IMG/VR virus record: IMGVR_UViG_2927124413_000004
Span: 4,417 to 68,416 of that record
Strand: one strand, 5' to 3'
DNA from: a virus
DNA length: 64,000 nucleotides
Shown: piece by piece, positions 17,564 through 26,771 of the stretch
How positions within the stretch are numbered: the first letter of the stretch is position 1
Layout of the letters: each line of letters opens with the position of its first letter
Notes under the pieces: generated by a model
Database searches by the model: none
Seen by the model: the letters and a program-made list of their open reading frames with translations, nothing else
What the model was told of the DNA's origin: nothing
Position numbers and translations under genes: made by a program

Positions 17564-18688
17564 TTAGCCCACGGGATAATGGATAGAACCGAGCACGGCC
17601 ATGTGGCCGGGGGTTTCCATCAAATAATCGCCATCCGTCACCAGCCGGAACGACACCACATGCGGCGCGCTCATGATCGCGTAGCTGACCCAGGAGGCGT
17701 AGATGGTCGCTCCCGGCGCCGCCTGGGCCCGCAGCATGGTGCGAATGCTGGCCTCGATCTCCGCCTTGGCTTCCTCGGTCTCCGGCGTCAGCTGGCTGAT
17801 AACAACGTCGATGAACTGCTTGATCGGCGCCACCACGTAGCAGTCCTTGACCGTGACCGGCCGCCTGTAATCGATGTAGTCGGCGACCGCGATGATGTCT
17901 TCCGGCTCCGGCCAGCCATCATTGTCAGCGCGCAGATCGTCCATCAGGAAGCGGACGACGACGGTGCCGATGCCCATCTGGTTGGGTGCGGCCCAGGCCC
18001 GCGTCACACCTGGCACCGCGAGCGCCCAAGCCTCGTAGTCATAGGCGGCGCCGCCCATCGGCGGCTGCTGAATCCGGCGCAGGATCCGGTCGCGCAATTC
18101 CTCGTCGGTTTCAGTGTCGGTGCCGCCGGTCAGCCCGACGATGGTTGCAGTCGTATCGATGCCAGGAACGGGCGGGAAAATCGACAGTGTACTACCCGCC
18201 GGCAGATTGCCGATCGAGCCCGGATCGAGGGCGCGGATTTGGCCGGTGACCAGCATGCCGGCCCAGGTCGTGATGTCCTCCAGCGTCTCGAAGGTCACCA
18301 CATTGTACGGCGACCCCGATCCGATCGGCATCGGAACGCCGCTCTGCATCTGGGTGCCGGTCGGCATCACGGCGCCGTCGACCGTGGCCGTGAACTCCGC
18401 CGTGCCGTGGGACAGGCTCGCCACCTTGCGGCCCTTGGAGCCGTCGGCGTTGACGAGCCAGATCTGGCCGTGACGATCCAGCCACTCGGTCTCGGCGGTG
18501 TCGGGCAACAGCTGCAGCGCCAGCCAGTCGATGTATTGCAGCGTCAGGTGACAGAGCGCGCCCTGGTTATCTGACAGCACGCGCAGCACGCTGTTCGGCA
18601 CATTGGCATCGGCGCCAGGCAGCGAGCCGCGGACGCTATCGCGGACCAGCGAACGGACGTCTCTAAGGGTTGGGGTGGACCAGGGGAT
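17564..18688 (-). CDS. Baseplate J-like protein (Mu gp47); predicted start codon is ATC
   Basis: GGTDTETDEELRDRIL, PMGGAAYDYEAWALAVPGVTRAW. GGAGG RBS 6 nt before ATC-CCC-TGG. Confidence 0.9.
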   Translation of the reverse strand: MPWSTPTLRDVRSLVRDSVRGSLPGADANVPNSVLRVLSDNQGALCHLTLQYIDWLALQLLPDTAETEWLDRHGQIWLVNADGSKGRKVASLSHGTAEFTATVDGAVMPTGTQMQSGVPMPIGSGSPYNVVTFETLEDITTWAGMLVTGQIRALDPGSIGNLPAGSTLSIFPPVPGIDTTATIVGLTGGTDTETDEELRDRILRRIQQPPMGGAAYDYEAWALAVPGVTRAWAAPNQMGIGTVVVRFLMDDLRADNDGWPEPEDIIAVADYIDYRRPVTVKDCYVVAPIKQFIDVVISQLTPETEEAKAEIEASIRTMLRAQAAPGATIYASWVSYAIMSAPHVVSFRLVTDGDYLMETPGHMAVLGSIHYPVG

Positions 18689-18727
18689 AGGCCGCCTCCC
18701 TCTTACGCTTGGTTTCAGCACTCATTT

Positions 18728-19249
18728 CTATGACCCCGCCATTGCTTCCCAGAGCACCGCGTAGCGCAGCTCGATCTCACGTTCCGGACCGCGGTAGATC
18801 CGGATCAGGGCGTCGATGCGCTGCTTGTCGACCCGGCTCACCCAGACATCGAAACCCGAGCAGATCTTGCGATCGACGAATGGCTGCATCGCCGCGCGGA
18901 TGTATTCCTTGACCCGCACCAGCGTCGAACCCTCGCGCGAGGCCGGCGAATCGATCTTGTTGCGGCGCAATAGCCAGAGCTTCGACCCGATCGGCCAACC
19001 CTTCCAGATTAGCTCGGCATCGAGATCGCCCCACCAGCCGCAGCGGTCGGTGGAATCAGGATCCGGCAGGATGTCGTCTTTATCGGCCAGCGCATCGGTG
19101 CCCAGCGCGACGATCACCGCAGTGGCCAGCGCCTGGGTGTCGTCGAGCGTGCCGTTCGGCAATAGCGACCAATCCACCGTCACCGAGTATTTCGGAAAGA
19201 CGTTGTTCTGGACCAGCCGGATGTCGGGGACGTTGAGCTCGCCCGCCAT
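18728..19249 (-). CDS. Mu gp46-like baseplate protein
   Basis: LATAVIVALGTD, RCGWWGD, GSKLWLLRR. Confidence 0.9.
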   Translation of the reverse strand: MAGELNVPDIRLVQNNVFPKYSVTVDWSLLPNGTLDDTQALATAVIVALGTDALADKDDILPDPDSTDRCGWWGDLDAELIWKGWPIGSKLWLLRRNKIDSPASREGSTLVRVKEYIRAAMQPFVDRKICSGFDVWVSRVDKQRIDALIRIYRGPEREIELRYAVLWEAMAGS

Positions 19250-19252
19250 CGC

Positions 19253-20062
19253 TCAGCCGATCTTGCCCTTGGAGTTCACGCACGGCCCTGACAGCGTCAC
19301 CAGGAAGTCGAATGAGCCCTTGCCGGCTTCGGCGCCGAGATAGACGTTCTTGTCGGAATGGGCGTGGACGTAGGTCTTCTCGTCATCGAGAACCATGTGG
19401 CACTGCGCGCCGCCCATCCGCGTCTTGTCCTTGGTGACCTCGACGAAGCGCTTGGATTTCTGGCCATCCTTGTACAGCGCCTCCTGGCCGCGCTTTTGCT
19501 TCTTGCCATCCTCCGTGGTGGATTCCTGGCCGCCCTCGGCGAGCGGCGCGATCCTGATGCCACGCTTGGCCAGCTCAGCTATCTCTTCTTCAGTATGCTG
19601 CTGCACACTGTCGTTTTTCTCGCTGTCCTTTTCCACTAGGTGCATGCGCACCGTTTTGTCCTGCGGCGCGGTCCAGAAGCCGCCGTCCTTGGTCATGTGA
19701 AATTGCTGCTTGTCGCCGCGACCCCTGAACATCGCGGTGTCGCCCTTCTCGAGCTTGAACATGCGATGGCGGCGATCGTCCATGTTGCCGGCCGACGGGA
19801 ACGAGCGGTTGCCGCCGTTGAAGTTCATGAACGTCTCGGCCGATCCCTGGATCTTGCCGTCCTTGCCTTTCTCGGCGTCGAACACTACCGATGAGAAGCC
19901 ATAATTCTGCGCGGCCTCGATCGCCTGGCGGGTCTCGTTGGCCATGAAGTTGCCGCCCATCTCCTGCATCAGCTTGGTGTCATCGACCTTGTCGACGACG
20001 CTGCGGGCGCCGCCGGAGACGTAGCCAACGAACGATGAATTGAGCGGTGTGGCGCGATGCAT
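19253..20062 (-). CDS. Mu gp45-like baseplate assembly/spike protein
   Basis: QNYGFSS, DDRRHR..LEKGDTAM; position after gp44. Confidence 0.8.
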   Translation of the reverse strand: MHRATPLNSSFVGYVSGGARSVVDKVDDTKLMQEMGGNFMANETRQAIEAAQNYGFSSVVFDAEKGKDGKIQGSAETFMNFNGGNRSFPSAGNMDDRRHRMFKLEKGDTAMFRGRGDKQQFHMTKDGGFWTAPQDKTVRMHLVEKDSEKNDSVQQHTEEEIAELAKRGIRIAPLAEGGQESTTEDGKKQKRGQEALYKDGQKSKRFVEVTKDKTRMGGAQCHMVLDDEKTYVHAHSDKNVYLGAEAGKGSFDFLVTLSGPCVNSKGKIG

Positions 20063-20075
20063 GGTTAGTTCTCCG

Positions 20076-21203
20076 TTACAGTGATGTTGGCGTCGCTTCG
20101 CTCCTGACCTGGCCACCGGGCTGATTGGGATGGCGGACATCCCAGCCAAGATTGTCCCGCAAGCCCCAGGGTGCGACGACGTCGAGCTTGGTCAGCGTGC
20201 CGCTCTGCCGGTCCTGGGTGAAGGTGGCGCGCTGGATCTTCATCGGCATGTCGAGCATCGCCATCGGCGAATAGACATGAACGTCGTCGCCGGGCTCCCA
20301 CAGCGCCTGGTTATCGCGCAGCCAGCCGTAGACGGTGATGGTCGCCGTGACATTGGTGCCGTTGTGCCAGATCGCCTCGTACTTGGCGCGGTTGCAGACC
20401 TCGCCCTGCGTCTTCACGGGCTGCTCGGCCGGCGTGATCAGCTTGGAGAACATCCGCGATGACATGCCGTTGACGATGCATTTCAGCTCGCTGGCGTTGG
20501 TGCCGGAATTGTCGTCACTGGCGGCGTGCTGGCCCCTGACGTCGTGCTCGCTGTAGACGTGCTCATGGTTGATGGTGCACTGGCACGACTTGATGTTGAC
20601 GCCTTCGACCAACTCGGTGACGACGGCCCCGGTGTGCTCGCCGATCAGCAGGAAGTTGCCGAAGGCATCCGAGCCCATCACCACGCCGCGCGGCCGGGCG
20701 ATGCGCTCGAGGAAATCCCAGACCAATTCACCGGGATTGTTCTGCAGCTTCGGGAATGGCGTCAGGTCTGGCGAGCCGACCACCTTGATGCCGACGCCAT
20801 AGGGCGCGACCACTTCGTTGGCGACCTGCACGATGTTCTTGTTATCGAAATTGCCGGTCTTGGTGTCGACGCTCGACTTGGCCGCATTCGCGGTCAGGCT
20901 CTTGCCGATCAGCATCACGCCGTGCTGATAGGCATCGTAGGCGACCTGCCGGGTTTCGATGAAACCGGTGATGGCGAGCTGGCCACCGAGCGTGATCGAG
21001 CAGGCATCATCGGGCTTGAACTGCAGCTTTTGCCATAACGGCACCTTGCCGGCCGCCGTCGTCACCAGGGTGTCGCGCTCGGCCGCGGTGAACTGGAAAT
21101 GGCTGAAGGATTCAGCCCAGTCCTTCCAGACCTGGACCGTTTCCCAGTCGTCGAACTTCAGCCCATTGAACTCGAGGACGGCGATCTCCTGCGGCCGCGG
21201 CAT
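20076..21203 (-). CDS. Mu gp44-like baseplate hub protein
   Basis: W.TVQV...., VITGFIE, GKSLT, PGELVWDFLERIAR. Confidence 0.88.
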   Translation of the reverse strand: MPRPQEIAVLEFNGLKFDDWETVQVWKDWAESFSHFQFTAAERDTLVTTAAGKVPLWQKLQFKPDDACSITLGGQLAITGFIETRQVAYDAYQHGVMLIGKSLTANAAKSSVDTKTGNFDNKNIVQVANEVVAPYGVGIKVVGSPDLTPFPKLQNNPGELVWDFLERIARPRGVVMGSDAFGNFLLIGEHTGAVVTELVEGVNIKSCQCTINHEHVYSEHDVRGQHAASDDNSGTNASELKCIVNGMSSRMFSKLITPAEQPVKTQGEVCNRAKYEAIWHNGTNVTATITVYGWLRDNQALWEPGDDVHVYSPMAMLDMPMKIQRATFTQDRQSGTLTKLDVVAPWGLRDNLGWDVRHPNQPGGQVRSEATPTSL

Positions 21204-21206
21204 GGA

Positions 21207-21689
21207 TCAGGCTTCCTGCTCCGGGTGCGGCGCGATCGGCTGCGGCTCGCCGAGCGGTTGGATCGAGCCGGCGACCGCTTCGCCCGCCACCACCTCAATG
21301 TCGCAGACGGTGATCAGCTGCCGCGTGCCTTGGCCGAGATCGGCGTCCGCTGTGGCGGTCACCTGAGCCTGGCCGACTTGTCCGCCTGGCGTCACCGAGC
21401 AGATCGTGGAATCGGCGGGATCGGTGGTGACCACGAGGATGTCGTCATCCGAAGATGCCCATACCACCTCGCCATCGATCTCTGCCGGGTTGTTCTGGGC
21501 ATCGACATAGCTCACCTGCATGCTGGTCATCTTATCGACTGGCAATGTGTACATGACCTTGTCCCCGTCTGCTCTGATGATGAAGTCGCCGTACTTGATA
21601 GTCAGCAGTGCATGGATCTTCGGCGGCTCGCTGACCTCCATGATCCAGAGCGGGCCGGCGAATACGATCTCGATGCGCTGCTCGTTCAT
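21207..21689 (-). CDS. Hypothetical virion protein with Ig-like segment
   Basis: VVWASSDDDILVV...GQAQVTATAD resembles a bacterial Ig-like fold. Confidence 0.55.
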   Translation of the reverse strand: MNEQRIEIVFAGPLWIMEVSEPPKIHALLTIKYGDFIIRADGDKVMYTLPVDKMTSMQVSYVDAQNNPAEIDGEVVWASSDDDILVVTTDPADSTICSVTPGGQVGQAQVTATADADLGQGTRQLITVCDIEVVAGEAVAGSIQPLGEPQPIAPHPEQEA

Positions 21690-21771
21690 GGCCACAAGAA
21701 CACGGCCAGTGCGATGGCGATGATCAGCGTCATCCCGATGAGAAAAAACATGTCGTTGCGCTGCTGTGAGG

Positions 21772-22440
21772 TCATTGCGATAGCGCCCGTCCCTCGATCG
21801 GGCAGAACGCCGGATGCACGATCTTGTTTTCTTGGCGCACTTCGTCACAGCGCGCAGCGTCGTCATAGAGCTTGTAGGCCAACACCAGCGACGGCAGGAT
21901 ATCGGCGAATTCGTAGCGCAGCATTCGTGGCAACGGCCGCGCCGATTCGACCAGGTGATTGGTGATCGCGGCGTGCAGCCGGATCAGCGCTTGGTAGCTC
22001 ATCGAATCCATGTCGTCGGCGGCGATCTCCTCGGCTTCGCCGAACGGCTCGACCATCGCGCTCTTGAGCGCGGCGACATCCTGCCGGCTGACGAATTCCA
22101 CCGTCGCAATGATCGCGCCCATGGTGGCGAGGCAGAACCGCACACTGGCATTCTTCACCAGCATGCCACCCAATGTCGCCGTCGGCTCGGCATCAAGCTG
22201 CCGCCGCACACCCTCGATCTGCTTCAGCGTGGTGCCGGCCTGCCGCGCCAGATCGAAGCACTCGTCGAGCTCCGGCCCGATCGTGTCGGTGATCAGCAGC
22301 TTGAACGCATGGACACGGGTGTCGTTGATCTTGGTACGCACATCGGATCCGGCGCGGCCCTTCGCCGGCACGGTCGCAATCAGGTTCGCCAGCATGCGGT
22401 CGACGATGCCGAGGGCCTCGCGCGCGTCTAGCCGTTTCAC
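21772..22440 (-). CDS. Mu-like DNA circulation protein, C-terminal half as a separate gene
   Basis: LPSLVLAYKLYDDAARCDEVRQENKIVHPAF motif. Confidence 0.75.
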   Translation of the reverse strand: MKRLDAREALGIVDRMLANLIATVPAKGRAGSDVRTKINDTRVHAFKLLITDTIGPELDECFDLARQAGTTLKQIEGVRRQLDAEPTATLGGMLVKNASVRFCLATMGAIIATVEFVSRQDVAALKSAMVEPFGEAEEIAADDMDSMSYQALIRLHAAITNHLVESARPLPRMLRYEFADILPSLVLAYKLYDDAARCDEVRQENKIVHPAFCPIEGRALSQ

Positions 22441-22982
22441 ACATTGACCCCGGGTGGCGGATTGGCGAGCATGCGCTTGGCTTCGTTGCGCGTGTTCTGG
22501 CTTTCCTTCAACAGCGCCCCTGCGGTGTCGATCGCCGGTACCCAGCGCTGTGGATCCAGGCCCTGCTCCTGAAACTGCATATCGAACACGCAGAAGCCGC
22601 CGACTTTTTCTTCCTCACTGACCCGATAACGCGGACAGACCACGATCTTGTCGCCGAGGGTCGGCAGCCGCAGCGTGCCCGGGCCCTCCTCCTCGAGCGC
22701 CAGGATCAGCCGATTGCGCGCCAGCTGATAGTCGCGGCGATACAGGATGTCGTTGGCGTCGTCGTCATAGGGATAGACGATGCAGTAGCCGCGAACGCTG
22801 AACGCGCGCGCGACCCGGCCCATATCCTCGGCGTAGGGGTAATCCTTCTTGGGGTATTCGTGCAGGACGATGCGGCGGCCGCTCTCCTGGCTGTTGACCT
22901 CGCAGTGAAAGCGCGCATTGCGAAACGATGCCGGCATCAGCCGATCGCGCCATGCTGTCGGCAGATCGAACATCGTAGCCAT
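22437..22982 (-). CDS. Mu-like DNA circulation protein, N-terminal domain
   Basis: WRDRLMPASFRNARF...GRRIVLHEYP...EDMGR...GPGTLRLPTLG. Confidence 0.88.
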   Translation of the reverse strand: MATMFDLPTAWRDRLMPASFRNARFHCEVNSQESGRRIVLHEYPKKDYPYAEDMGRVARAFSVRGYCIVYPYDDDANDILYRRDYQLARNRLILALEEEGPGTLRLPTLGDKIVVCPRYRVSEEEKVGGFCVFDMQFQEQGLDPQRWVPAIDTAGALLKESQNTRNEAKRMLANPPPGVNV

Positions 22983-22992
22983 TATGATCCCC

Positions 22993-25674
22993 TCAGATGT
23001 TCATCGGTTCTTCTTCGGCAACCGAGCGCTTCGCCGGCTCCATCTGGGTCTGCCGGTTGACCTCGACGTCCTTGAACAGGCCCTTGGCGCCGGCCGTGAC
23101 GTTGGTGCCTTTCGGTGCGTTGACGTCGACGCGGATCTGGCCGCTTCCTTCGACCTTGGTGGTGGCGGATTGCGAGCGATCGACCTGGTTGCGGTCTGCA
23201 GCGATGGCTTGCTGCTGGCGTGCGGCAAAGTCAGCGCTCGAGCGGACGCCGAATTCACGGCCGCCACGGCGGCCTTCCCAATAATTGTAAACCTCCTTTG
23301 AGCCAGGTGCGGCAACGCGACCCGGCAAGTTCGCGCCAGGATCCGACGCCATGCCCTGGTTGGTGCGGCCCTGGGTGATGTTGCTGCCGCCGGCAACAAC
23401 CGAATCCAGGATCTTGTCATATTGCGCCGACTGCTTGGCGCCGATCTCGGTTTGCTGCGCGATGCCCTTTTTGATCGGACCGTAGAAGCCGCTGCGCAAT
23501 TCCTGCGCGATCAAATAGCCCGGCACTTTCTCGCGGACCATCGCGGTGCGGTTGAACAGCGCCTCGACGGTCGCGGCGCCGCCACCCTCAGTCGCCATCA
23601 TCTGCTTCAGCAGCTGCTTGGTGCCTGGATCTCTATTGACTTCGTCCATCAGCGGCTGGCGCTGCTGTTGCAGGACGCCGCCGGCACCGCCACCGCCAGT
23701 GCCAATGCCGCCCTGCTCGCCGCCGCCTGCGCCCGTGGCCGGCGTTTCGCCGGCACCCGCGCCGACGCCTGGGCCCGCGGTCGACTTGCCGCCGCGGAAA
23801 TATTCGTATTGGCCGACGCCGAAGCTCGAGCCCTTGGCCTGGTTGCCCTGGTTGCCACCGATGCCGATGAAGCGGCCGGTCTTCGGATCGACGCTCGACA
23901 CCACGGTGACGTGGCTGCCGGTCTCTCCGGTCTTCACATAGCCGCCGCCGAACCGGCTCGCCTTCTTGACCGCGATGTCGCCAGGCTGCGGGCTCTCCAC
24001 CTGCTCACCCCAATTGCGCCAGTTGGACGCGACGCCAGGATTCTGCGGCGGCGTGCCGCCGACCGACTTGACCACCGAGGCCGCGAACTGGCCGCACCAG
24101 GCACCCTGCTTCGGATAGCCCTGAGACGCCATGAACCGCTCGACGCCACCGGGGCCGCTCTCCAGCGCCACCCGCTTGGCTTGCCCAAGGATATCGGACG
24201 GCACCGCGCCAGGATCTGGCTCGCCACCTGGCGCGCGCTGGCCGCCTGGGCCACTACCTGGACGGCCGCCACCTTGACGACCGCTTGCGTTCGGAAACGC
24301 GCCAGCGCCGCCGCCACCGCCATCACCGCCGCCATAGCCAAACGCGCCGCCGCCGCCGACGCCGCCAGCTCCGCTGTAATCGGCGCCGCCACCGCCGCCA
24401 CCGCCGCCGAAACCAGCCGGACCGCCACCGCCGCCCCAGGTGCCGCCACCGCCGCCGAACATCGGCGCGCCGCTGGGCGGCCGGAACGAGGCCTGCTGGA
24501 CCATGTCGCGGAAGGCGGCCTGCTGGACCAGGCCGCCGCCTGGCATGGCGCCGCCGCCCGTGAATGAGGACGGTGACGCTTTCGGCGCCCAGTATTCATT
24601 CCAGCGATCGAGCCAGTTTTTCTCGCTCTCCGGCTTCGACGGCAGCGGTCCGATCTCCGCCGGCTTGCCCCCTTCGCCCTCGATCACGCTCGGCACATTG
24701 AAGCGTTTGAACCAGGCACTTTCCTGGATCCGGATGATGGTGCGCTCGAGCGCCTGGAATGCACCGAGAATCGACTCCGAGATCTTGTTCAAGTTGACGA
24801 GCACGTTGGTGAGCGGCCCAACCTTCAATGTCGCGATCTGGTCGCCGATGCTCTTCCAGGTGCCATCGAATTTATTGAGCTGCTTGTCGTACTCCTCGCC
24901 GAGCGCCAGCCGCCGCTGTTCTGCCGCGTACCACTCCTTCGATTTGACGGTGATCTTGTCGAGCGCCTGCATGCTGTTGTCCCAGAATCTCTCCTGGAAC
25001 TTGCTGCGTGCGTCGGCCGCCTCCTGCTCGCTCTTGCCCATCGCGAGACGATTTTTGTAGATGTTGTCGCCGGCCTCGCGGACGATGTTGTATTGCTCCT
25101 CCTCGGTCCTGGCGTTCTTCAGTCGGTCGAGCAGCTGATCCATCGCGCGCGCGGCCGCGCCTCCAGCCGCACCGGCATCCTTGAGAATATCGAACCGGAG
25201 CTTGCTGCCCTCGCGCTGCAGATCGGCGATCGCGCCCGACATCTTGCCGACGTTCTTCACCACGGTGTCAGCGCTGATGCCGACGACCGCGAACTGCTCG
25301 ATCATGTTCTTGAGATGACCGCCGCTGACCCCCAACGTCCGCGCCACTTGCTGGATCTCGCGCAAGCCGGCGGCCCAACCCTGCAGATCCCGGATCTGTT
25401 TTTGGATCTCAAAACCGAACGCCGCGGTGTAGCCCGCAACGCCGACCATGGTCTTGCCGAACGTACCGAAGCCGGCGACCAGGACGGAGATGGTGGACTG
25501 CAGGCCCTTGGCATTCTCCCGGACGCTGCTCTGATCGCGCTTGAACTTCTCCATGCCCTGCGCGGTTGCTCCACTGCCAAGGTTCTGCAGCTCGTCGCGC
25601 AGCTTAGCGATGCCTGCCGACGCATTGTCGATCAGGCTAACGGTTAAGCGTAGCTCTTCCTCTTGGGTGGGCAT
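22993..25674 (-). CDS. Tape measure protein with C-terminal muralytic domains
   Basis: Helical N-terminus, Gly-rich linker, TIGR02594/CHAP-like AWCGQF...ASNW..WG...PGDIAV...HV, then a SleB-like E...V.A.FNR segment. Confidence 0.85.
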   Translation of the reverse strand: MPTQEEELRLTVSLIDNASAGIAKLRDELQNLGSGATAQGMEKFKRDQSSVRENAKGLQSTISVLVAGFGTFGKTMVGVAGYTAAFGFEIQKQIRDLQGWAAGLREIQQVARTLGVSGGHLKNMIEQFAVVGISADTVVKNVGKMSGAIADLQREGSKLRFDILKDAGAAGGAAARAMDQLLDRLKNARTEEEQYNIVREAGDNIYKNRLAMGKSEQEAADARSKFQERFWDNSMQALDKITVKSKEWYAAEQRRLALGEEYDKQLNKFDGTWKSIGDQIATLKVGPLTNVLVNLNKISESILGAFQALERTIIRIQESAWFKRFNVPSVIEGEGGKPAEIGPLPSKPESEKNWLDRWNEYWAPKASPSSFTGGGAMPGGGLVQQAAFRDMVQQASFRPPSGAPMFGGGGGTWGGGGGPAGFGGGGGGGGADYSGAGGVGGGGAFGYGGGDGGGGGAGAFPNASGRQGGGRPGSGPGGQRAPGGEPDPGAVPSDILGQAKRVALESGPGGVERFMASQGYPKQGAWCGQFAASVVKSVGGTPPQNPGVASNWRNWGEQVESPQPGDIAVKKASRFGGGYVKTGETGSHVTVVSSVDPKTGRFIGIGGNQGNQAKGSSFGVGQYEYFRGGKSTAGPGVGAGAGETPATGAGGGEQGGIGTGGGGAGGVLQQQRQPLMDEVNRDPGTKQLLKQMMATEGGGAATVEALFNRTAMVREKVPGYLIAQELRSGFYGPIKKGIAQQTEIGAKQSAQYDKILDSVVAGGSNITQGRTNQGMASDPGANLPGRVAAPGSKEVYNYWEGRRGGREFGVRSSADFAARQQQAIAADRNQVDRSQSATTKVEGSGQIRVDVNAPKGTNVTAGAKGLFKDVEVNRQTQMEPAKRSVAEEEPMNI

Positions 25675-25874
25675 TAGTCGTCGTCATCCTTCTTGTTTAC
25701 CGCCTGCTGCTCACGGTCGAGCTGCGCCGTTCGATGCAGATGCATCGCGACTTCGGTCACCGTCATGGACAAGAAGATCTCGGGATTGACGTGATACCAG
25801 CGCGCCAACCGATAGCAGTCGAGGATGATGTCGTCCTCGCTGCCTACCAGGCCGCTGGATCGGGTAAGAAAAAA
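25674..25874 (-). CDS. Tail assembly chaperone -1 frameshift extension (GT/E-prime-like)
   Basis: Slippery T-TTT-TTC at 25868-25874 in the chaperone frame; the -1 frame is open to the TMP start. Confidence 0.75.
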   Translation of the reverse strand, partial: FFLTRSSGLVGSEDDIILDCYRLARWYHVNPEIFLSMTVTEVAMHLHRTAQLDREQQAVNKKDDDD

Positions 25875-26299
25875 CGCTGCAGACGAAACGCAACGCTGTT
25901 CCAGTCGCGCGGATGCATATCCTCGATGAACGGCGGCAGGATGTCGGACAGCGCAGCGATGATGAATGTCATCTTGCGCTCCTCGATTCTGACCTCGCCC
26001 TCCTGGTCGATACGGACCGGGTTGCCATAGCGGTTGATGTCGCCGGCCCGCGGCTCGCGCAAGGTGATCTCTTTGATCATCTCGCCCTTGTTGTTGCGGA
26101 TCGGTCTGTTCAGCAGCTTGATGGTGATCGGCCATTCCGGTTCGGTCGAGCCGAGATCTGCTGACGGCGGATCCTCGATGACAGGGTCTGGCGTTGGTCG
26201 CGGTTTCTTCTCGGCTGCCGGCGGCGTGACGTCGACCATCGGTCGCTCACGCGTCGGTTCGTCGTTGATGAAGCCTTCACGCTTCGGGGTAACATTCAT
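25844..26299 (-). CDS. Tail assembly chaperone (Mu gp41-like)
   Basis: IKEITLREPRAGDI...IEDMHPRDW; located between tube and TMP. Confidence 0.85.
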   Translation of the reverse strand: MNVTPKREGFINDEPTRERPMVDVTPPAAEKKPRPTPDPVIEDPPSADLGSTEPEWPITIKLLNRPIRNNKGEMIKEITLREPRAGDINRYGNPVRIDQEGEVRIEERKMTFIIAALSDILPPFIEDMHPRDWNSVAFRLQRFFLPDPAAW

Positions 26300-26661
26300 A
26301 TGGCGACCTCCTCACAGGTCACGCCTTCCCAGCGTACCCGCACCTGGCCGTCACGAGTGTTGTTCTCGAAACCGCCTTTGCAGGTCGCCGCGATCAGCGT
26401 GTATTGCATGTTGTTGGCGAGCTGCGCCACCACTGTGACATCAGTCTCGTTCATCAGGTCTTCCAGATAGAAGCCCGGCATCGTCGAGAGGTCGGCTTCT
26501 ATGTAGGGCACGCGCGGCAGCTCTTGAAATCCGTGGACGCCGTCCTGACCAGCCAACATGGTTCGCTCGACCGGCGACGGGCTGACAGTGAAGTTGCCGC
26601 GCAGTGCCATCTGCGTGCCGTCCACCGTCAAGAAAGCAATGCCAGCAATTCTCTGGGCCAT
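26296..26661 (-). CDS. Tail tube protein (Mu-like)
   Basis: RIAGIAFLTVDG...GQDGVHGFQELPRVPYIE. Confidence 0.92.
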   Translation of the reverse strand: MAQRIAGIAFLTVDGTQMALRGNFTVSPSPVERTMLAGQDGVHGFQELPRVPYIEADLSTMPGFYLEDLMNETDVTVVAQLANNMQYTLIAATCKGGFENNTRDGQVRVRWEGVTCEEVAI

Positions 26662-26673
26662 CTTGGTCTCCCT

Positions 26674-26769
26674 TCATTTGTAGAAATAGGCGAAAGCGCC
26701 AATGAGCAGGAACGCGATGACGGCGACACCGATCAGGTACGGCAGGTCTCGCCGCTCACGCCAGTTCAT
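26674..26769 (-). CDS. 31-aa single-pass membrane peptide (not in the ORF track)
   Basis: MNWRERRDLPYLIGVAVIAFLLIGAFAYFYK*; fills the gap between sheath and tube exactly. Confidence 0.55.
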   Translation of the reverse strand: MNWRERRDLPYLIGVAVIAFLLIGAFAYFYK

Positions 26770-26771
26770 GA

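Noticed and set aside
23700-24560. GCC-rich microsatellite-like tracts
   Set aside because: They simply encode the poly-Gly linkers of the tape measure protein.
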